A stretch of 20,000 nucleotides of DNA from an uncultured virus (IMG/VR IMGVR_UViG_3300024268_000045) (IMGVR_UViG_3300024268_000045); one strand, 5' to 3'. Shown: positions 1-10,095, numbered from the stretch's first letter. The notes: generated by a model not told the origin, from the sequence alone. Numbers and translations: made by a program.

Positions 1-2298
1 GACCGTCAAGGTGTTGATTGGAAATCACAAACATTATTAGCAGAAACAACAGAAGAAAGAACAGTTATTCTTATATGTGTTAAAGATAACGAAAGAGAGA
101 CAGGAATGGTTGGCTTTTTCGGTGGCGAAATTGTTGAACTTGGAGAAGATGTTGAAAGTCACTATCAAGTTTCTTTAACTTCAACAGGTTCTCGTCTTAT
201 AAAAGGCGCAACAACAAATAAAAAGAAAGCCAAACCTTGCTTTGTAAAATATAATGGAGATTACTATTACGGACTCCATTTTAAGGAATCTAGCCCTGCA
301 AAAATTTATCACGCAGGTTGGTCAAATATCCCAGGCCCTCTTGCAGCGCCTTCATACACGACTTACACAGATGGAGATTTCTCAGAAATCGTCGACCTCG
401 ACGATGATTCTGAGACAGGGACGGAAGTAATTGAATTAAGTTGGGCAGACATTGAAAGCTACAACTGGGAATTCATAGGTGAACTTACAAGCAGACAAAC
501 TGTAAACTTTAGAAACAACTATAATGCAGTTGGCTCAGGCAATAACCGATACTATTCTCTTGCTTCAAACATTCGCTTATATCCTGTAAACAGAAGCGGC
601 TCAAATGCATCAACAGTTGAACTTCACCCAGGGCGGGGCTCAATTACAGTTGAAGGACGCGATGTAACAAATGTTCGATTTGCTATCACTGATGATGTTG
701 GCTATGTTACATTAAGACTTAAGAACTGGGGAGGTATGAACAACATTCCTCGTCAGGGTGCAAATATGGTTATCTTTCATGATAATGGCACAGGAAATGC
801 TCCTAACACTGCTCAGCAATTAGAAAGCCATTACTTCCCTTATGCAGCTACAGGCACTGATGGGTATATCTCTGACTTTACTTTCGGACCACTTCCAAGA
901 GGAACCTATTGGATAAGACAGGGCTCAGGTAATTATAACACAAAGGTTGAATACTACATTCTTCAAACAGAAGCATACTCAGGTGAAGATGACATAGTAA
1001 CGGCAGGCGACCATTATGATTATGATTTCAAGCACGGTTTGAAAATCAAAACACATAATGACATTCACTGGGAAACAAGTCGTAATGGCAACAGTGGCGT
1101 TATTATTTGTGATGCACCTACAAACGAAGTTGACTCAGAAGGCCTTTTACAGGTTGAGGTTTTAGGTCCTTGTAGATTTACAGTTGGATTTTCTAAACTA
1201 CCTGATGATGAAGCGCCTACTACAACATTACTTATATCTGAAACTCTTGAAGCTGGGGATGAAGCTTGGCAAAGAGCAGTTCAAGGATATTCACGAAATG
1301 ATGCAGCAATCACTGATGTTACTTATGAGTATTCTGGAAAGTGGGGTAAAAAGCAAACTCTTTATGTTGCAACTGACCGTCCTGCTGCCATATATTATGC
1401 TGCAATTGAATACCCATCATTCTCAGGTGGTGCAATTATTGCAGATATTATTCGTGGCCTTGATGAAACAGGAGAGGACGGCTCACCTCATATTATCAGA
1501 CCTTCAGGCGTTATTGATAAAGCATCTTTAATGACAATTGCAGGCGTATGTCTTAATTCTGAAAAACAGTTGGTAATTGACTTAAGTAACTGTACTGCTG
1601 CCACAGACGCGCAGGATTGGTCAGGTGATGATGATTTGTCAAAACTATTCCAAGGTGCTTCTTCAGTAAATAAGTTTATTTATCCTAAAGGAACTTTGAC
1701 TGCAGGTAATGCGCCGTTCTTGAACTGTTCATTCTTAAGAGATATTGAATTTAATGATGAAATGTATCAGCTCGGTTACTCTACGTGGGTTAACAGAAAC
1801 CAAGGATTCTTCTCAGGTGCTCGTATTAAAGAAGTATGGCTTCCAAAGCAATTAGGTCAGAGAACAGGTGTTCACGCTTGGGGCGGATACTTTATGGCGC
1901 AGAACAACGTTATTGGGTTATACATCAGACCTGATTCTTATTATGCTCAGAATAATATAAGCATAGCTAACATATTTACAAATCAAGATTGGTATAACAC
2001 AGCGCATCAATTCTGGTCAACTTGGAACTACTCTCGTGGCGACTTCAAAATATATCTTCCTTGTAAACGTATTGGGTCACCTGAAGATAATAATTGGGAA
2101 ACAGGAAATCAATGGCTTTATAATCGTTGGATGAACCAAGTAGGAAATACAACTTTTGCATCAGTAATGAACGAGTATTTGTCAAGCGTTACAAAAAATG
2201 TTCCTTCTTTGGAAAGAACAGACCTTGTAAGAGACCACTTGGTTCCTTATGATGTAAATGAAATGTGGTATGAGCCAAGATGTTTGGATCTTGTGTAA
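1..2298 (+). CDS. Large putative virion/adhesin protein with C-terminal BspA/TpLRR-like leucine-rich repeats (5' truncated by window edge)
   Basis: Frame is open from base 1 (DRQGVDWK...) into the ATG at 106, so the gene starts upstream. The N-part is beta-rich and G/S/T/N/Y-rich. The C-part has LRR_5-like strings (LVIDLSNCT, LFQGASSVNKFIYPKG, PFLNCSFLRDIEF, FFSGARIKEVWLPK). Ends TAA just before the capsid gene. Confidence 0.55.
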   Translation, partial: DRQGVDWKSQTLLAETTEERTVILICVKDNERETGMVGFFGGEIVELGEDVESHYQVSLTSTGSRLIKGATTNKKKAKPCFVKYNGDYYYGLHFKESSPAKIYHAGWSNIPGPLAAPSYTTYTDGDFSEIVDLDDDSETGTEVIELSWADIESYNWEFIGELTSRQTVNFRNNYNAVGSGNNRYYSLASNIRLYPVNRSGSNASTVELHPGRGSITVEGRDVTNVRFAITDDVGYVTLRLKNWGGMNNIPRQGANMVIFHDNGTGNAPNTAQQLESHYFPYAATGTDGYISDFTFGPLPRGTYWIRQGSGNYNTKVEYYILQTEAYSGEDDIVTAGDHYDYDFKHGLKIKTHNDIHWETSRNGNSGVIICDAPTNEVDSEGLLQVEVLGPCRFTVGFSKLPDDEAPTTTLLISETLEAGDEAWQRAVQGYSRNDAAITDVTYEYSGKWGKKQTLYVATDRPAAIYYAAIEYPSFSGGAIIADIIRGLDETGEDGSPHIIRPSGVIDKASLMTIAGVCLNSEKQLVIDLSNCTAATDAQDWSGDDDLSKLFQGASSVNKFIYPKGTLTAGNAPFLNCSFLRDIEFNDEMYQLGYSTWVNRNQGFFSGARIKEVWLPKQLGQRTGVHAWGGYFMAQNNVIGLYIRPDSYYAQNNISIANIFTNQDWYNTAHQFWSTWNYSRGDFKIYLPCKRIGSPEDNNWETGNQWLYNRWMNQVGNTTFASVMNEYLSSVTKNVPSLERTDLVRDHLVPYDVNEMWYEPRCLDLV

Positions 2299-2329
2299 AA
2301 ATGGCACAGCTTTCAAAAAATGATATACT

Positions 2330-2338
2330 AACTAATTA
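2330..2338 (+). promoter_or_regulatory. Putative late-promoter motif AACTAATTA upstream of major capsid gene
   Basis: Variant of the AACTAAATA motif found upstream of the portal gene and the 7603-8427 gene; resembles T4 late promoter TATAAATA. Confidence 0.45.
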
Positions 2339-2486
2339 CTAAAACAATTTGTGTAGTGCTTAATATATGCAGATAAGCGGGAATTATATACCGCAAAAAG
2401 TAGGGTTTTATATATCTAAATATATCGTTCAAGTACACCACATTCTTGTTTTAATTTTCAACAATAAAATAAGGAAAGGTGAAAAA

Positions 2487-4118
2487 ATGAGTGCAACATC
2501 AGTAATTGCAGGTCAGAAAGACGCTGCAGCATTGCGTGAGGCAACAAGAAAAACTCTCGCAAAAACAGAAAGAGAATTCCGTGGAGCTAAGTTCGTAGAA
2601 TCTTGGTCTCGTATCCCTAAAATCGGTGCAGGTTTGAATAAGCTTCCTGAAGCAGTAGCTCGTAACACAGCTATCAACCTTCAGACACAGGCTGCTTCAA
2701 TGGCAAAAATGACAGAAGCACAGCTTTCAACTTCATTCCAAGGTTTCACACCTGAGAATATGTTGAGACTTGTTCGTTTAGCAATGCCTAACACTTGCCG
2801 TAACAAGGTATTCACAGAGTTCGCTATGGAGTCAGCAAAGGACTCTATCAAATACATCAAACCTGTTTATTCAAAGACAGTTGATGGTAGTGATCTTCAC
2901 GACAAGCACACTGCTAACAAAGAAGGTGCTTATCAGGATGCATCAAAGTATAAAGATGTTTACAATGACATCAACGAAGACGATTTCCAGAGAGCTCTCT
3001 ATGAGAACACTGAAGACCGCTTCACTCAGGAGCTTGTAAACATTCAGGGTACAGATGGAGTGTTCACAATCCCTGCAACTCCTGCTGCTGATGCAAATCC
3101 TTTTGTTAAAGCATCAAAGCTCATCCCAGGTTATATGAAAGTATACGTTGGTGATGAAACACATCCAGTTGCTGAAGAGAACAAAAGAACAGGAAACTTC
3201 TTCGTAAACACAGACGACTATCCTAACGCAAAAGTAACAAAGACTGTAGACGACGAAACTGGTGATATCACAATCAAAGTTGAAGGCGTTGAAGGCGACG
3301 TTAAAGTATTTGCACGTTTCGATATGGAAGACGACTTCCTCGGAACAAACCTTGGTGAGATTGAACTCGTAATGAGCGACTACAAGTTTGAACCACGTCC
3401 AACAACAATTGGTGTTACTTGGTCACAGCTTGCTGAAATCACTCTTGACGCTTCATTCGGTCTTTCAGCTCAGGATATGTTGGTACAGTATGCAGGTGAT
3501 GCAATCCGTATCAATCTCGACCTCCGTTCATTCAAGCTTGCTTACGGTGTAGCTCGTTCAAACAAGGACTATATCGTTGAGTTCGATGCTGCTTATGGTA
3601 ACGGTGAAAACATCGAAGGTTACTTCCACACAGCTCAGACATTCCCATCTGCAGTTGATACAGTAACTGACGTTATGGTAAACGACATCAACCGTGGTGG
3701 CGTTTCAAGAATGGTTGCAGGTTTCTCTGCAGGTTCTTACCTCAAACTCGTTAAGGGTACATTCTCTGACAAAGGCCGTCAGGCTGCAAAGGGTATTTAC
3801 CAGATTGGTGAGTTCGGTGGAATCCCAACATTCAAGGCTCCTTCAAGCATTATCCCAACAAATGAGATTATGTGTGTATGGAAGGACGACGAAAACGAAG
3901 GCGACGTTGCAATCGCATTCGGTACATTGGTTCCATTCTTCAACACTGGTATCATCCAGAGAAAGAACTTCTATAAAGAAGCTGGTCTTGCAACATATGG
4001 TGACTGGGCAGTACTTAACAGACGTTATCTCGCTCTTATCCGTATCAAGGGATTGAAGGATACAACAGACGGCCGCGTAGGTGGTATGTTGAAATATTCA
4101 CAGGGTCCAAAGGACTAA
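2487..4118 (+). CDS. Major capsid protein, T4 gp23-like (543 aa)
   Basis: SD-like AAGGAAAGGTG precedes ATG 2487, so the track start at 2367 is likely too early. MLRLVRLAMPN...FAM...IKYIKPVY and EIELVMSDYKFEPRPTTIGVTWSQLAEITLDASFGLSAQDML...IRINLD match gp23 core motifs. Codon bias is that of a highly expressed gene (CGT, ATC, TTC, AAC). Followed by hairpins. Confidence 0.9.
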   Translation: MSATSVIAGQKDAAALREATRKTLAKTEREFRGAKFVESWSRIPKIGAGLNKLPEAVARNTAINLQTQAASMAKMTEAQLSTSFQGFTPENMLRLVRLAMPNTCRNKVFTEFAMESAKDSIKYIKPVYSKTVDGSDLHDKHTANKEGAYQDASKYKDVYNDINEDDFQRALYENTEDRFTQELVNIQGTDGVFTIPATPAADANPFVKASKLIPGYMKVYVGDETHPVAEENKRTGNFFVNTDDYPNAKVTKTVDDETGDITIKVEGVEGDVKVFARFDMEDDFLGTNLGEIELVMSDYKFEPRPTTIGVTWSQLAEITLDASFGLSAQDMLVQYAGDAIRINLDLRSFKLAYGVARSNKDYIVEFDAAYGNGENIEGYFHTAQTFPSAVDTVTDVMVNDINRGGVSRMVAGFSAGSYLKLVKGTFSDKGRQAAKGIYQIGEFGGIPTFKAPSSIIPTNEIMCVWKDDENEGDVAIAFGTLVPFFNTGIIQRKNFYKEAGLATYGDWAVLNRRYLALIRIKGLKDTTDGRVGGMLKYSQGPKD

Positions 4119-4123
4119 TCAAT

Positions 4124-4173
4124 GGGGCGTAAGCCCCTTGTAGAAATAAAAAAGGCAACCGAAAGGTTGCCTT
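4124..4173. terminator. Two hairpins forming a probable bidirectional intrinsic terminator between convergent genes
   Basis: GGGGC-GTAA-GCCCC (4124-4137) and AAGGCAACC-GAAA-GGTTGCCTT (4152-4173), with A-tract 4148-4153 giving a U-tail on the minus strand. Confidence 0.8.
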
Positions 4174-4197
4174 GTTCATTTTAAATCAATTGTTTTA

Positions 4198-4671
4198 CTA
4201 AAGAATGTATTGCCAAACAAGTCTTGGAACAATCATTCCTTTTTCACGGATCCATTTAAACTTCTGAATTGATGCCTTATTGCTTAATGACTTTATCAGG
4301 CCAAGAACGATTTCGATATATTCTTTTGCATTATCTGTAAGTTTGTAATGTCCACGATTTTTCTTGTAATCTGAAGCCCATTCAAAAACATTTGGATTTG
4401 CACGGAGCGGTTCCAAATTTGAAGGAGTTGAAGAAAATTTGGTAAGCTGCTTATAAGTAACTTCACCATCATTCTGATAAACAAAAAGCAAAGTCATAAA
4501 CCAATCTGAAATTACCATATCGCCGTCTGCATCGATCTTAAAAGGATATGTGCAGTGAATTGATGGGGTAAAACGATATTTTGGATTTGCAGGAAGAGAC
4601 ATAAGTTTGCCTGTATGAATCCCGTATTTGTAAGAAAGGTTCCTAAGCAGTTTTGTATATATGATACTCAT
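4198..4671 (-). CDS. Hypothetical protein (157 aa), possibly winged-helix-like
   Basis: SD AAGGAG before ATG, own promoter motif, tandem TAG TAA stop. GEVTYKQL...GHYKLTDNAKEY is only weakly wHTH-like. Confidence 0.65.
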   Translation of the reverse strand: MSIIYTKLLRNLSYKYGIHTGKLMSLPANPKYRFTPSIHCTYPFKIDADGDMVISDWFMTLLFVYQNDGEVTYKQLTKFSSTPSNLEPLRANPNVFEWASDYKKNRGHYKLTDNAKEYIEIVLGLIKSLSNKASIQKFKWIREKGMIVPRLVWQYIL

Positions 4672-4699
4672 AATTTGCTCCTTTTACTGTTATTACAAT

Positions 4700-4731
4700 A
4701 ATAATATAAAGAAGTAAATATGAAAGTTTAA
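4700..4731 (-). promoter_or_regulatory. sigma70-like (early) promoter TTAAAC-N17-TATATT, copy 1
   Basis: Minus strand TTAAACTT-N8-ACTTCTTTATATTATT; the same two blocks recur at the same spacing at 15227-15258. Confidence 0.65.
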
Positions 4732-5312
4732 ATTATATAAAGATTTTGTGCAATTTGTTTGATATAGGAGTCAATTTCATTTACGACTTGGGAAAGGTGT
4801 TTTGTCAAGTGAATTTCTTGATTTTGCAAACCACCTGAAGCAGCGTGTTTTTCATCCCAAATGCCTTTTCCTTTTTCGCCTGTAAACTTGTAAATTGATA
4901 AGTTGTGTTTTGCAAGTCCTTCCCAACAACCCTGCCAATAAAATGATGGGTCATCAGAATAAAACTTTACATCACAACTGTGAATTGCTTTTTTAAGTGC
5001 CTGCTCAAGTTGTCCATAACCCATATTCTTTTCATCTTTAAGATATTGTCCAACTTTATAAAAGCGAAGACACAATGTGTATTGCTCGTTCTTTCCTTGA
5101 GGAAGATTTGTTGAGGCTATATACCCAGTTGCCCCGTAAGTTGAGTTGGCAAAAAATATCAACTCGAGAAAATCTTGTTTTCTGTAATAAGCAGCTTGGC
5201 CCAAATCAATGTTGAAATCATTTTGATAACGCAAATCAAGATGATGTTGTGTCAAGCCTGAAACTGAATTACCTGCTAATGAATCTATAGTTGCCTCAAG
5301 GAATAACTGCAT
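4728..5312 (-). CDS. Hypothetical phage protein (194 aa) downstream of portal; degenerate SWIM-finger-like pattern
   Basis: ATG lies 1 nt after the portal stop. DVKFYSDDPSFYWQG...LTKHL resembles the CxC-P-x-F...CKHL spacing with the cysteines lost. Confidence 0.7.
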   Translation of the reverse strand: MQLFLEATIDSLAGNSVSGLTQHHLDLRYQNDFNIDLGQAAYYRKQDFLELIFFANSTYGATGYIASTNLPQGKNEQYTLCLRFYKVGQYLKDEKNMGYGQLEQALKKAIHSCDVKFYSDDPSFYWQGCWEGLAKHNLSIYKFTGEKGKGIWDEKHAASGGLQNQEIHLTKHLSQVVNEIDSYIKQIAQNLYII

Positions 5313-5313
5313 T

Positions 5314-7506
5314 TTACTCTCCTACTCCACCTGTAAGAATATCTGACGCAATTTGTTCATCAATCTTTCTGCGTCTTTCTGCTTCATCTTCAGTTGTAAA
5401 TGAATCTTTAATCTCCTGCATCTTATCGCCTACACTCTGTTCAGAAAGACGACTGCTGCTTGCAGGTACGCCTGTTCTCAATTCATACAATACTTTTATA
5501 GTATCATTAAGAACATCGTTTTCTTGAATTTTTGGCATTACATATTTATGAGAAACTGTTCCGCCCTCACCGTTGTAATTTGGAATCCAATCGTTTCCTG
5601 CCCATTCAGTAAGGTGTTGACTTTCAACAAACTTTATAAACAAACCGTCTTTTGCTTCTTTGTATCTGTTTGATACTTCACGAAGTCGTTTCTGTTGCAA
5701 TTCTGTCATACGAGCTTTTCTTTCACGAAGAAGCTTCTTTGCTTTTGCTGCTTCAATTTTAGCGGATTCCATAACAGTATCATCTCCGCCACCCATATCG
5801 TCGCCACCAAAGTCGAAATCATCTCCGCCATCATCGCCACCGTCTTCATCATCTCCGCCACCTACAGGCTTTAAGAATGATGACAAACGCATCCACTTTT
5901 GAACGTCTGTTGGGTCAAGGAATGAATACTTTGAAAGAATATCGGTAACAACATCTTCAGGAAGAGGCTCTCCTTCTTCAAGTCCTAAAGCTGATGTAAT
6001 CAATTCCATAATGGTCTGAGTCATTTCAAGAGTTGCCATACGAGCTTCACGTTTTTCCTGTCCCATCTCTTCAGCAGGGAAACGCATTGAAAGAACGAAT
6101 GGAGTGTTATAATCAAACTCACCTGTGATTGCAAAATGCAATCTTATGAGTTCACCAATACCATCAAGACAGGCTGATTGAATTGTATAAACGTGGCGAG
6201 CAAACGGCTTGTACTGTTCTGTCAATGAAATGCCTGAGTTACCAAATCCGCCAAACTCTTGGTCAAGATATGCCTTAGGTACACCTGATGCACGAGCAAC
6301 ACGGTCTTGGTAAAGTTCAATATCGCCTACGAAGTCAATGTCACATTTTGACTCTTTTACTTCAACATCAATCAAATCCTTAGGTGCCCAAATTTTTGTA
6401 TTTACAGTGTAAACTTCATTACCCGCATTTGCAGGATTTACGCCGATATTATCATATTCCTCACGAACTTCATTTACGTGTTCGAAAGCAACATCAGGTC
6501 CCATACCTTCAGTTCCTTGTACACCATAAATTGTTACTGGGAATGACATTTGTCTTGCAAGGCCTTGCAACATAATTGCAGAGAAAGCCAACTTAAATGG
6601 TGAAATACAACCTAAAAGAGGCGGACGACCATAAGGATAGAATTCAGAGTTTTCTGCATTGTAACGGAAATGTGATACTTCCCAAGGTGGTAAAATATTT
6701 CCGTCATACAATTCATATCCCAAAAGTTTAGCATCATAAGAATCTGCAATGTTTTCATCAAGGTCCATTGTCTTCTTATCAATAATTATATCTACAAGCT
6801 TTTGTATTTTCTCGGCGCGGTTTTTATTTGCAGAAAGATAGCCATTTTTCTGTGAAAGATATTCTGCCATTCTGATTGGGTTAAACTCAAGTCTCTCCAT
6901 AACTGAATTGACTTTGATAGGCTTAATACCTTCAATACCATTAAGACCTACTTTGTGAAGCCAGAATGATTCACCATAAAGTTCAAGGTCGTGGCATACT
7001 TGCTGCAATCTTTGTTGATTGATACCCCATCTTGCAAACAATTCATAACACTTTGAAGAGAACGCTGCGTTAGGAGAGTCAACTGTCAAGATACGGTTTT
7101 GAACATCAAGCTGTGTTGCTTCTGCAGCACAAAGTTCAACTACACGATAACCGAAGTCGTCATTGTAATAAAAGAATGACAACTCATTAAGTCTTTGCTG
7201 TCTATCCTGAATGTCGTTATATGAAAGAGTTGTCTCCTGCATATAAGCATCAAAGTATTTTTCAACATTTTCTGTAAGATGTTCTGATTTGAATACTGAA
7301 CCAAGAGCGGCGTTCTTGAAGCGGTATGCATCGTTGTTCAAGTCAACACGAACAAACTCCATACCATATTTTTTAACTAAAGGGTCATCACTCTTTTCGT
7401 CTCTTTTTGCTCTAAAGCCAAATAATGATGAGAGGCGAGAAACATATGAACTTTTCAATATGCTTGATTTAGGAGCCTCTCCACTTCTATAAATATCATC
7501 TGCCAT
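5314..7506 (-). CDS. Portal protein, T4 gp20-like (730 aa) with acidic/Gly linker and C-terminal extension
   Basis: Motifs VVELCAAEATQLD, LYGESFW, PWEVSHFR...FYPYGRPPL, LARQMSFP and DIELYQDRVARASGVPKAYL fit gp20-type portals of large phages. SD GAGG upstream. Confidence 0.85.
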   Translation of the reverse strand: MADDIYRSGEAPKSSILKSSYVSRLSSLFGFRAKRDEKSDDPLVKKYGMEFVRVDLNNDAYRFKNAALGSVFKSEHLTENVEKYFDAYMQETTLSYNDIQDRQQRLNELSFFYYNDDFGYRVVELCAAEATQLDVQNRILTVDSPNAAFSSKCYELFARWGINQQRLQQVCHDLELYGESFWLHKVGLNGIEGIKPIKVNSVMERLEFNPIRMAEYLSQKNGYLSANKNRAEKIQKLVDIIIDKKTMDLDENIADSYDAKLLGYELYDGNILPPWEVSHFRYNAENSEFYPYGRPPLLGCISPFKLAFSAIMLQGLARQMSFPVTIYGVQGTEGMGPDVAFEHVNEVREEYDNIGVNPANAGNEVYTVNTKIWAPKDLIDVEVKESKCDIDFVGDIELYQDRVARASGVPKAYLDQEFGGFGNSGISLTEQYKPFARHVYTIQSACLDGIGELIRLHFAITGEFDYNTPFVLSMRFPAEEMGQEKREARMATLEMTQTIMELITSALGLEEGEPLPEDVVTDILSKYSFLDPTDVQKWMRLSSFLKPVGGGDDEDGGDDGGDDFDFGGDDMGGGDDTVMESAKIEAAKAKKLLRERKARMTELQQKRLREVSNRYKEAKDGLFIKFVESQHLTEWAGNDWIPNYNGEGGTVSHKYVMPKIQENDVLNDTIKVLYELRTGVPASSSRLSEQSVGDKMQEIKDSFTTEDEAERRRKIDEQIASDILTGGVGE

Positions 7507-7525
7507 CTAAAAGATACCTCTTATA

Positions 7526-7534
7526 TATTTAGTT
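7526..7534 (-). promoter_or_regulatory. Putative late promoter AACTAAATA (portal)
   Basis: Exact 9-mer also at 8446-8454; both lie about 20 nt upstream of a start codon. Confidence 0.6.
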
Positions 7535-7542
7535 TTAAAAAG

Positions 7543-7576
7543 AAAAAAGCGTTCATATTTATGGTATATGAACGCT
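7543..7576 (-). terminator. Intrinsic terminator
   Basis: AGCGTTCATA...TATGAACGCT inverted repeat followed by a T-tract on the minus strand, downstream of the 7603-8427 gene. Confidence 0.7.
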
Positions 7577-7602
7577 CAACTATTATATATTAACAGTCGA
7601 CT

Positions 7603-8427
7603 TTATTCATTAAGAAGTTTATCGAAAAGCTGTTTCTTTGACTCTTCAAGAGGGTCGTAGTCAACTGTTTCAGGACTTACATCAGCTGCAACAAAGGTAT
7701 TGTGATTTTTATCAGTGAGATCATCATTGTCACTTGCAATCATATCCAAGTACTCGTCAGAAAGTTTGTCAGAGTCTTTTCCAAAACCTTTCTTATATAC
7801 AGGAATGCCTGTGTCAGCTATGTCATTTTCTTCTTCATCCATCCACATAGCTTCCTGTGCGTTCTCGATGCCATTTACATTAGAATTGAAACCGTCTTCC
7901 ATTTCGCCGTCATAAACGAAGTCATCATAACCTTCAGCATCAAAATCTTCAACTCCGCCGTCATAAACAGGAAGACCGTCTTCATCATCGTAAAGGTAGT
8001 CACCTACAGCTTCACGAATTCTTGTTTTCTCATCAGTATTCATTTTTGCCTCGAATAAGCCAAAGCAGTCTGCTCTGGAAAGAGCCGAATCCAAAGTTGG
8101 GAATGGGCCCATTTTATTATAAAGTCCATTTGCTAAAGAGAACAAATAAACCTCAAATCCACCTCCCTTTTCTTCTGTTTTTGTTGTCTTAATAACAACC
8201 AAATACTTTTTGTTTCCTGCAAGTGTTGCTCTAACTTCAGCACAAGCAGCAACAGAACCTTTTCCCTTTACAGCGTCTTTAAGTGCAGCGTGTTCTGGGC
8301 GTTCAGATGGAATAACATTATCAATGCAGCCTGAGCCTTTTTCAAGACCTCTGCAATAATCGCCTTCAGTATTTGCAGTTTTACGACATTCAATACCGAG
8401 ACAGTAAACATTATCAAAATTGTTCAT
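7603..8427 (-). CDS. Hypothetical acidic protein (274 aa), possible internal head protein
   Basis: SD GGAG, late-type motif upstream, very D/E-rich C-half, candidate protease sites LFEA, IREA, LEES. Confidence 0.7.
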   Translation of the reverse strand: MNNFDNVYCLGIECRKTANTEGDYCRGLEKGSGCIDNVIPSERPEHAALKDAVKGKGSVAACAEVRATLAGNKKYLVVIKTTKTEEKGGGFEVYLFSLANGLYNKMGPFPTLDSALSRADCFGLFEAKMNTDEKTRIREAVGDYLYDDEDGLPVYDGGVEDFDAEGYDDFVYDGEMEDGFNSNVNGIENAQEAMWMDEEENDIADTGIPVYKKGFGKDSDKLSDEYLDMIASDNDDLTDKNHNTFVAADVSPETVDYDPLEESKKQLFDKLLNE

Positions 8428-8445
8428 TATTTATCTCCACTTTAT

Positions 8446-8469
8446 TATTTAGTTGCAATAAACTAATTT
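8446..8469. promoter_or_regulatory. Divergent pair of late-promoter-like motifs
   Basis: AACTAAATA on minus (8446-8454) and AACTAATTT on plus (8461-8469) in the 45-nt gap between divergent genes. Confidence 0.55.
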
Positions 8470-8472
8470 ATT

Positions 8473-10095
8473 ATGACTGGTATATGTTATTTTGCAAACG
8501 ATGAGGTTGAATACTTTGCAGAACAGCAAGTTAATTCAATCGTAAATGATATTGATGACGGCGCAACACTTATAAGAGAAAATGAAGCTTTCTCTCCTGA
8601 GCTTGTTGATAATTTAATTGAAGAAGCTGCAAGTAAGAAATGTAATAAATTGGTTTTGATGGTTGAAGGTAAAAAGTATCATCAATACTCAAAAGTAATT
8701 CCTGAAGTTTACGGCGATATGTTTGAGTCAATCGAAGTTGTACCTGAAAACTTTGTAAGAGTTAGAGAAAGTAACAACTATGACTACTATGACGGAATGG
8801 AAGCAGATGCTGTGTTCTGGGCAGATAAGTATGACGAATATGTTGACGCAGGAATGACTGACCCTGATGATGGCATTGTCGGATTTGTTGCAGGAAAGAT
8901 TGATGAAGACCATCCTTCTGACAGCCCAGAGCAATATGCTTCATTGGAAAGATGGGTTATGAGCATCCTTAAAGAAAAAGGATACTTTAAGATGCCGTGG
9001 ATGACAGAAGCTCTTTTGAGAGAAAATGATACAGCTGCAAGAGGCGCTCAAGCTTTGCCTCAAAATGAACAAACACAGCAGGCAAAACCTGTTCAGCAAA
9101 ATAATCAACAACCATTCAACGATGCAGGTTCTGTTACATATATTCTTTGTGATGCTGCCCATATCAACCTTGCTAACATTAAAGCTTTTGATAATGATAC
9201 AAAACCTCTTATAGGAAAGTTTAAATTACAAAATGTAAGAAGATCATTTACAACTGTTGATAGTGCAAGACTTGAAGGCGCGGCACTTAAAAGCCTGTTG
9301 GTTGAATACCCAAAGAAAGTTGCAAACCTTGAAACTGTTGCACAGCAAATGTCACCTGATGCTCCAGACTTTTCACTTGAAGCAGATGGACAAATGACAT
9401 TACAAGCATTCTTACAAAAAGCAGGAACTGTAACACAAAAAGTAAAAGATGCTCAAGGTAATGAAGTTGAACAGCAAGTAAATACAGGCACAGGCGCAAA
9501 TATAAACATTTTTGCTCCTACAAAGCAGTATCAGTATTTAATGAAATTTGCAGGTGCTTACCAAAACATCCGTGTATTCAATCTTGGTAAGTCTTATGAA
9601 AATCAAAATAACCAAAAGATTAACCAACTTATGGAAATTCTTTTGAACACAGATAAAGAACTTGAATACACAGGAAAAGAAGAAGATTGGGTTGCCGCTC
9701 AAAAAGAAGGTAAAAACAATCTTGATATGCAGTTTATCAATTATGTTCGTTCAATAATGAAATTTATGAACGAATACGCAAATTGTGATAGACGCAAGCC
9801 ACACGATAAAGCAAAGCGCGAAAGTGAATTGATGAAAGCATTGAAAGATCAGCTTATGAAGTGGTCAGGCATTGGTAATGCAAAGAAAGAATTGAGTGAC
9901 AACTCTGCAATTGCAAAGTTTGCTATTGAGACTTTTGATAAAGTTAAAGATGCTGCAAAGAAAGATTTACAGGGTAATGAAAAAGATAAGAATAAAGGTA
10001 TGTTTGATGAAAAACAAGCAAAAGACCGCAACCCTAAAAATATCTTTATGTGGAAACATTACGCTGAATTAAGAAAACTTCTTATTGATAGATAA
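8473..10095 (+). CDS. Hypothetical protein (540 aa), possible processed head protein
   Basis: Long ORF, no clear SD (possibly leaderless after AACTAATTT); motifs IRENE, VRESN, LREND; Q/N-rich linker. Confidence 0.75.
   Translation: MTGICYFANDEVEYFAEQQVNSIVNDIDDGATLIRENEAFSPELVDNLIEEAASKKCNKLVLMVEGKKYHQYSKVIPEVYGDMFESIEVVPENFVRVRESNNYDYYDGMEADAVFWADKYDEYVDAGMTDPDDGIVGFVAGKIDEDHPSDSPEQYASLERWVMSILKEKGYFKMPWMTEALLRENDTAARGAQALPQNEQTQQAKPVQQNNQQPFNDAGSVTYILCDAAHINLANIKAFDNDTKPLIGKFKLQNVRRSFTTVDSARLEGAALKSLLVEYPKKVANLETVAQQMSPDAPDFSLEADGQMTLQAFLQKAGTVTQKVKDAQGNEVEQQVNTGTGANINIFAPTKQYQYLMKFAGAYQNIRVFNLGKSYENQNNQKINQLMEILLNTDKELEYTGKEEDWVAAQKEGKNNLDMQFINYVRSIMKFMNEYANCDRRKPHDKAKRESELMKALKDQLMKWSGIGNAKKELSDNSAIAKFAIETFDKVKDAAKKDLQGNEKDKNKGMFDEKQAKDRNPKNIFMWKHYAELRKLLIDR

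Noticed and set aside
2367..2486. 40-aa N-terminal extension of the capsid protein given by the ORF track
   Set aside because: No SD at 2367, atypical composition, and a clear SD before ATG 2487.
5778..5862. GC-richer repetitive stretch as a possible repeat element
   Set aside because: It simply encodes the Gly/Asp low-complexity linker of the portal protein.
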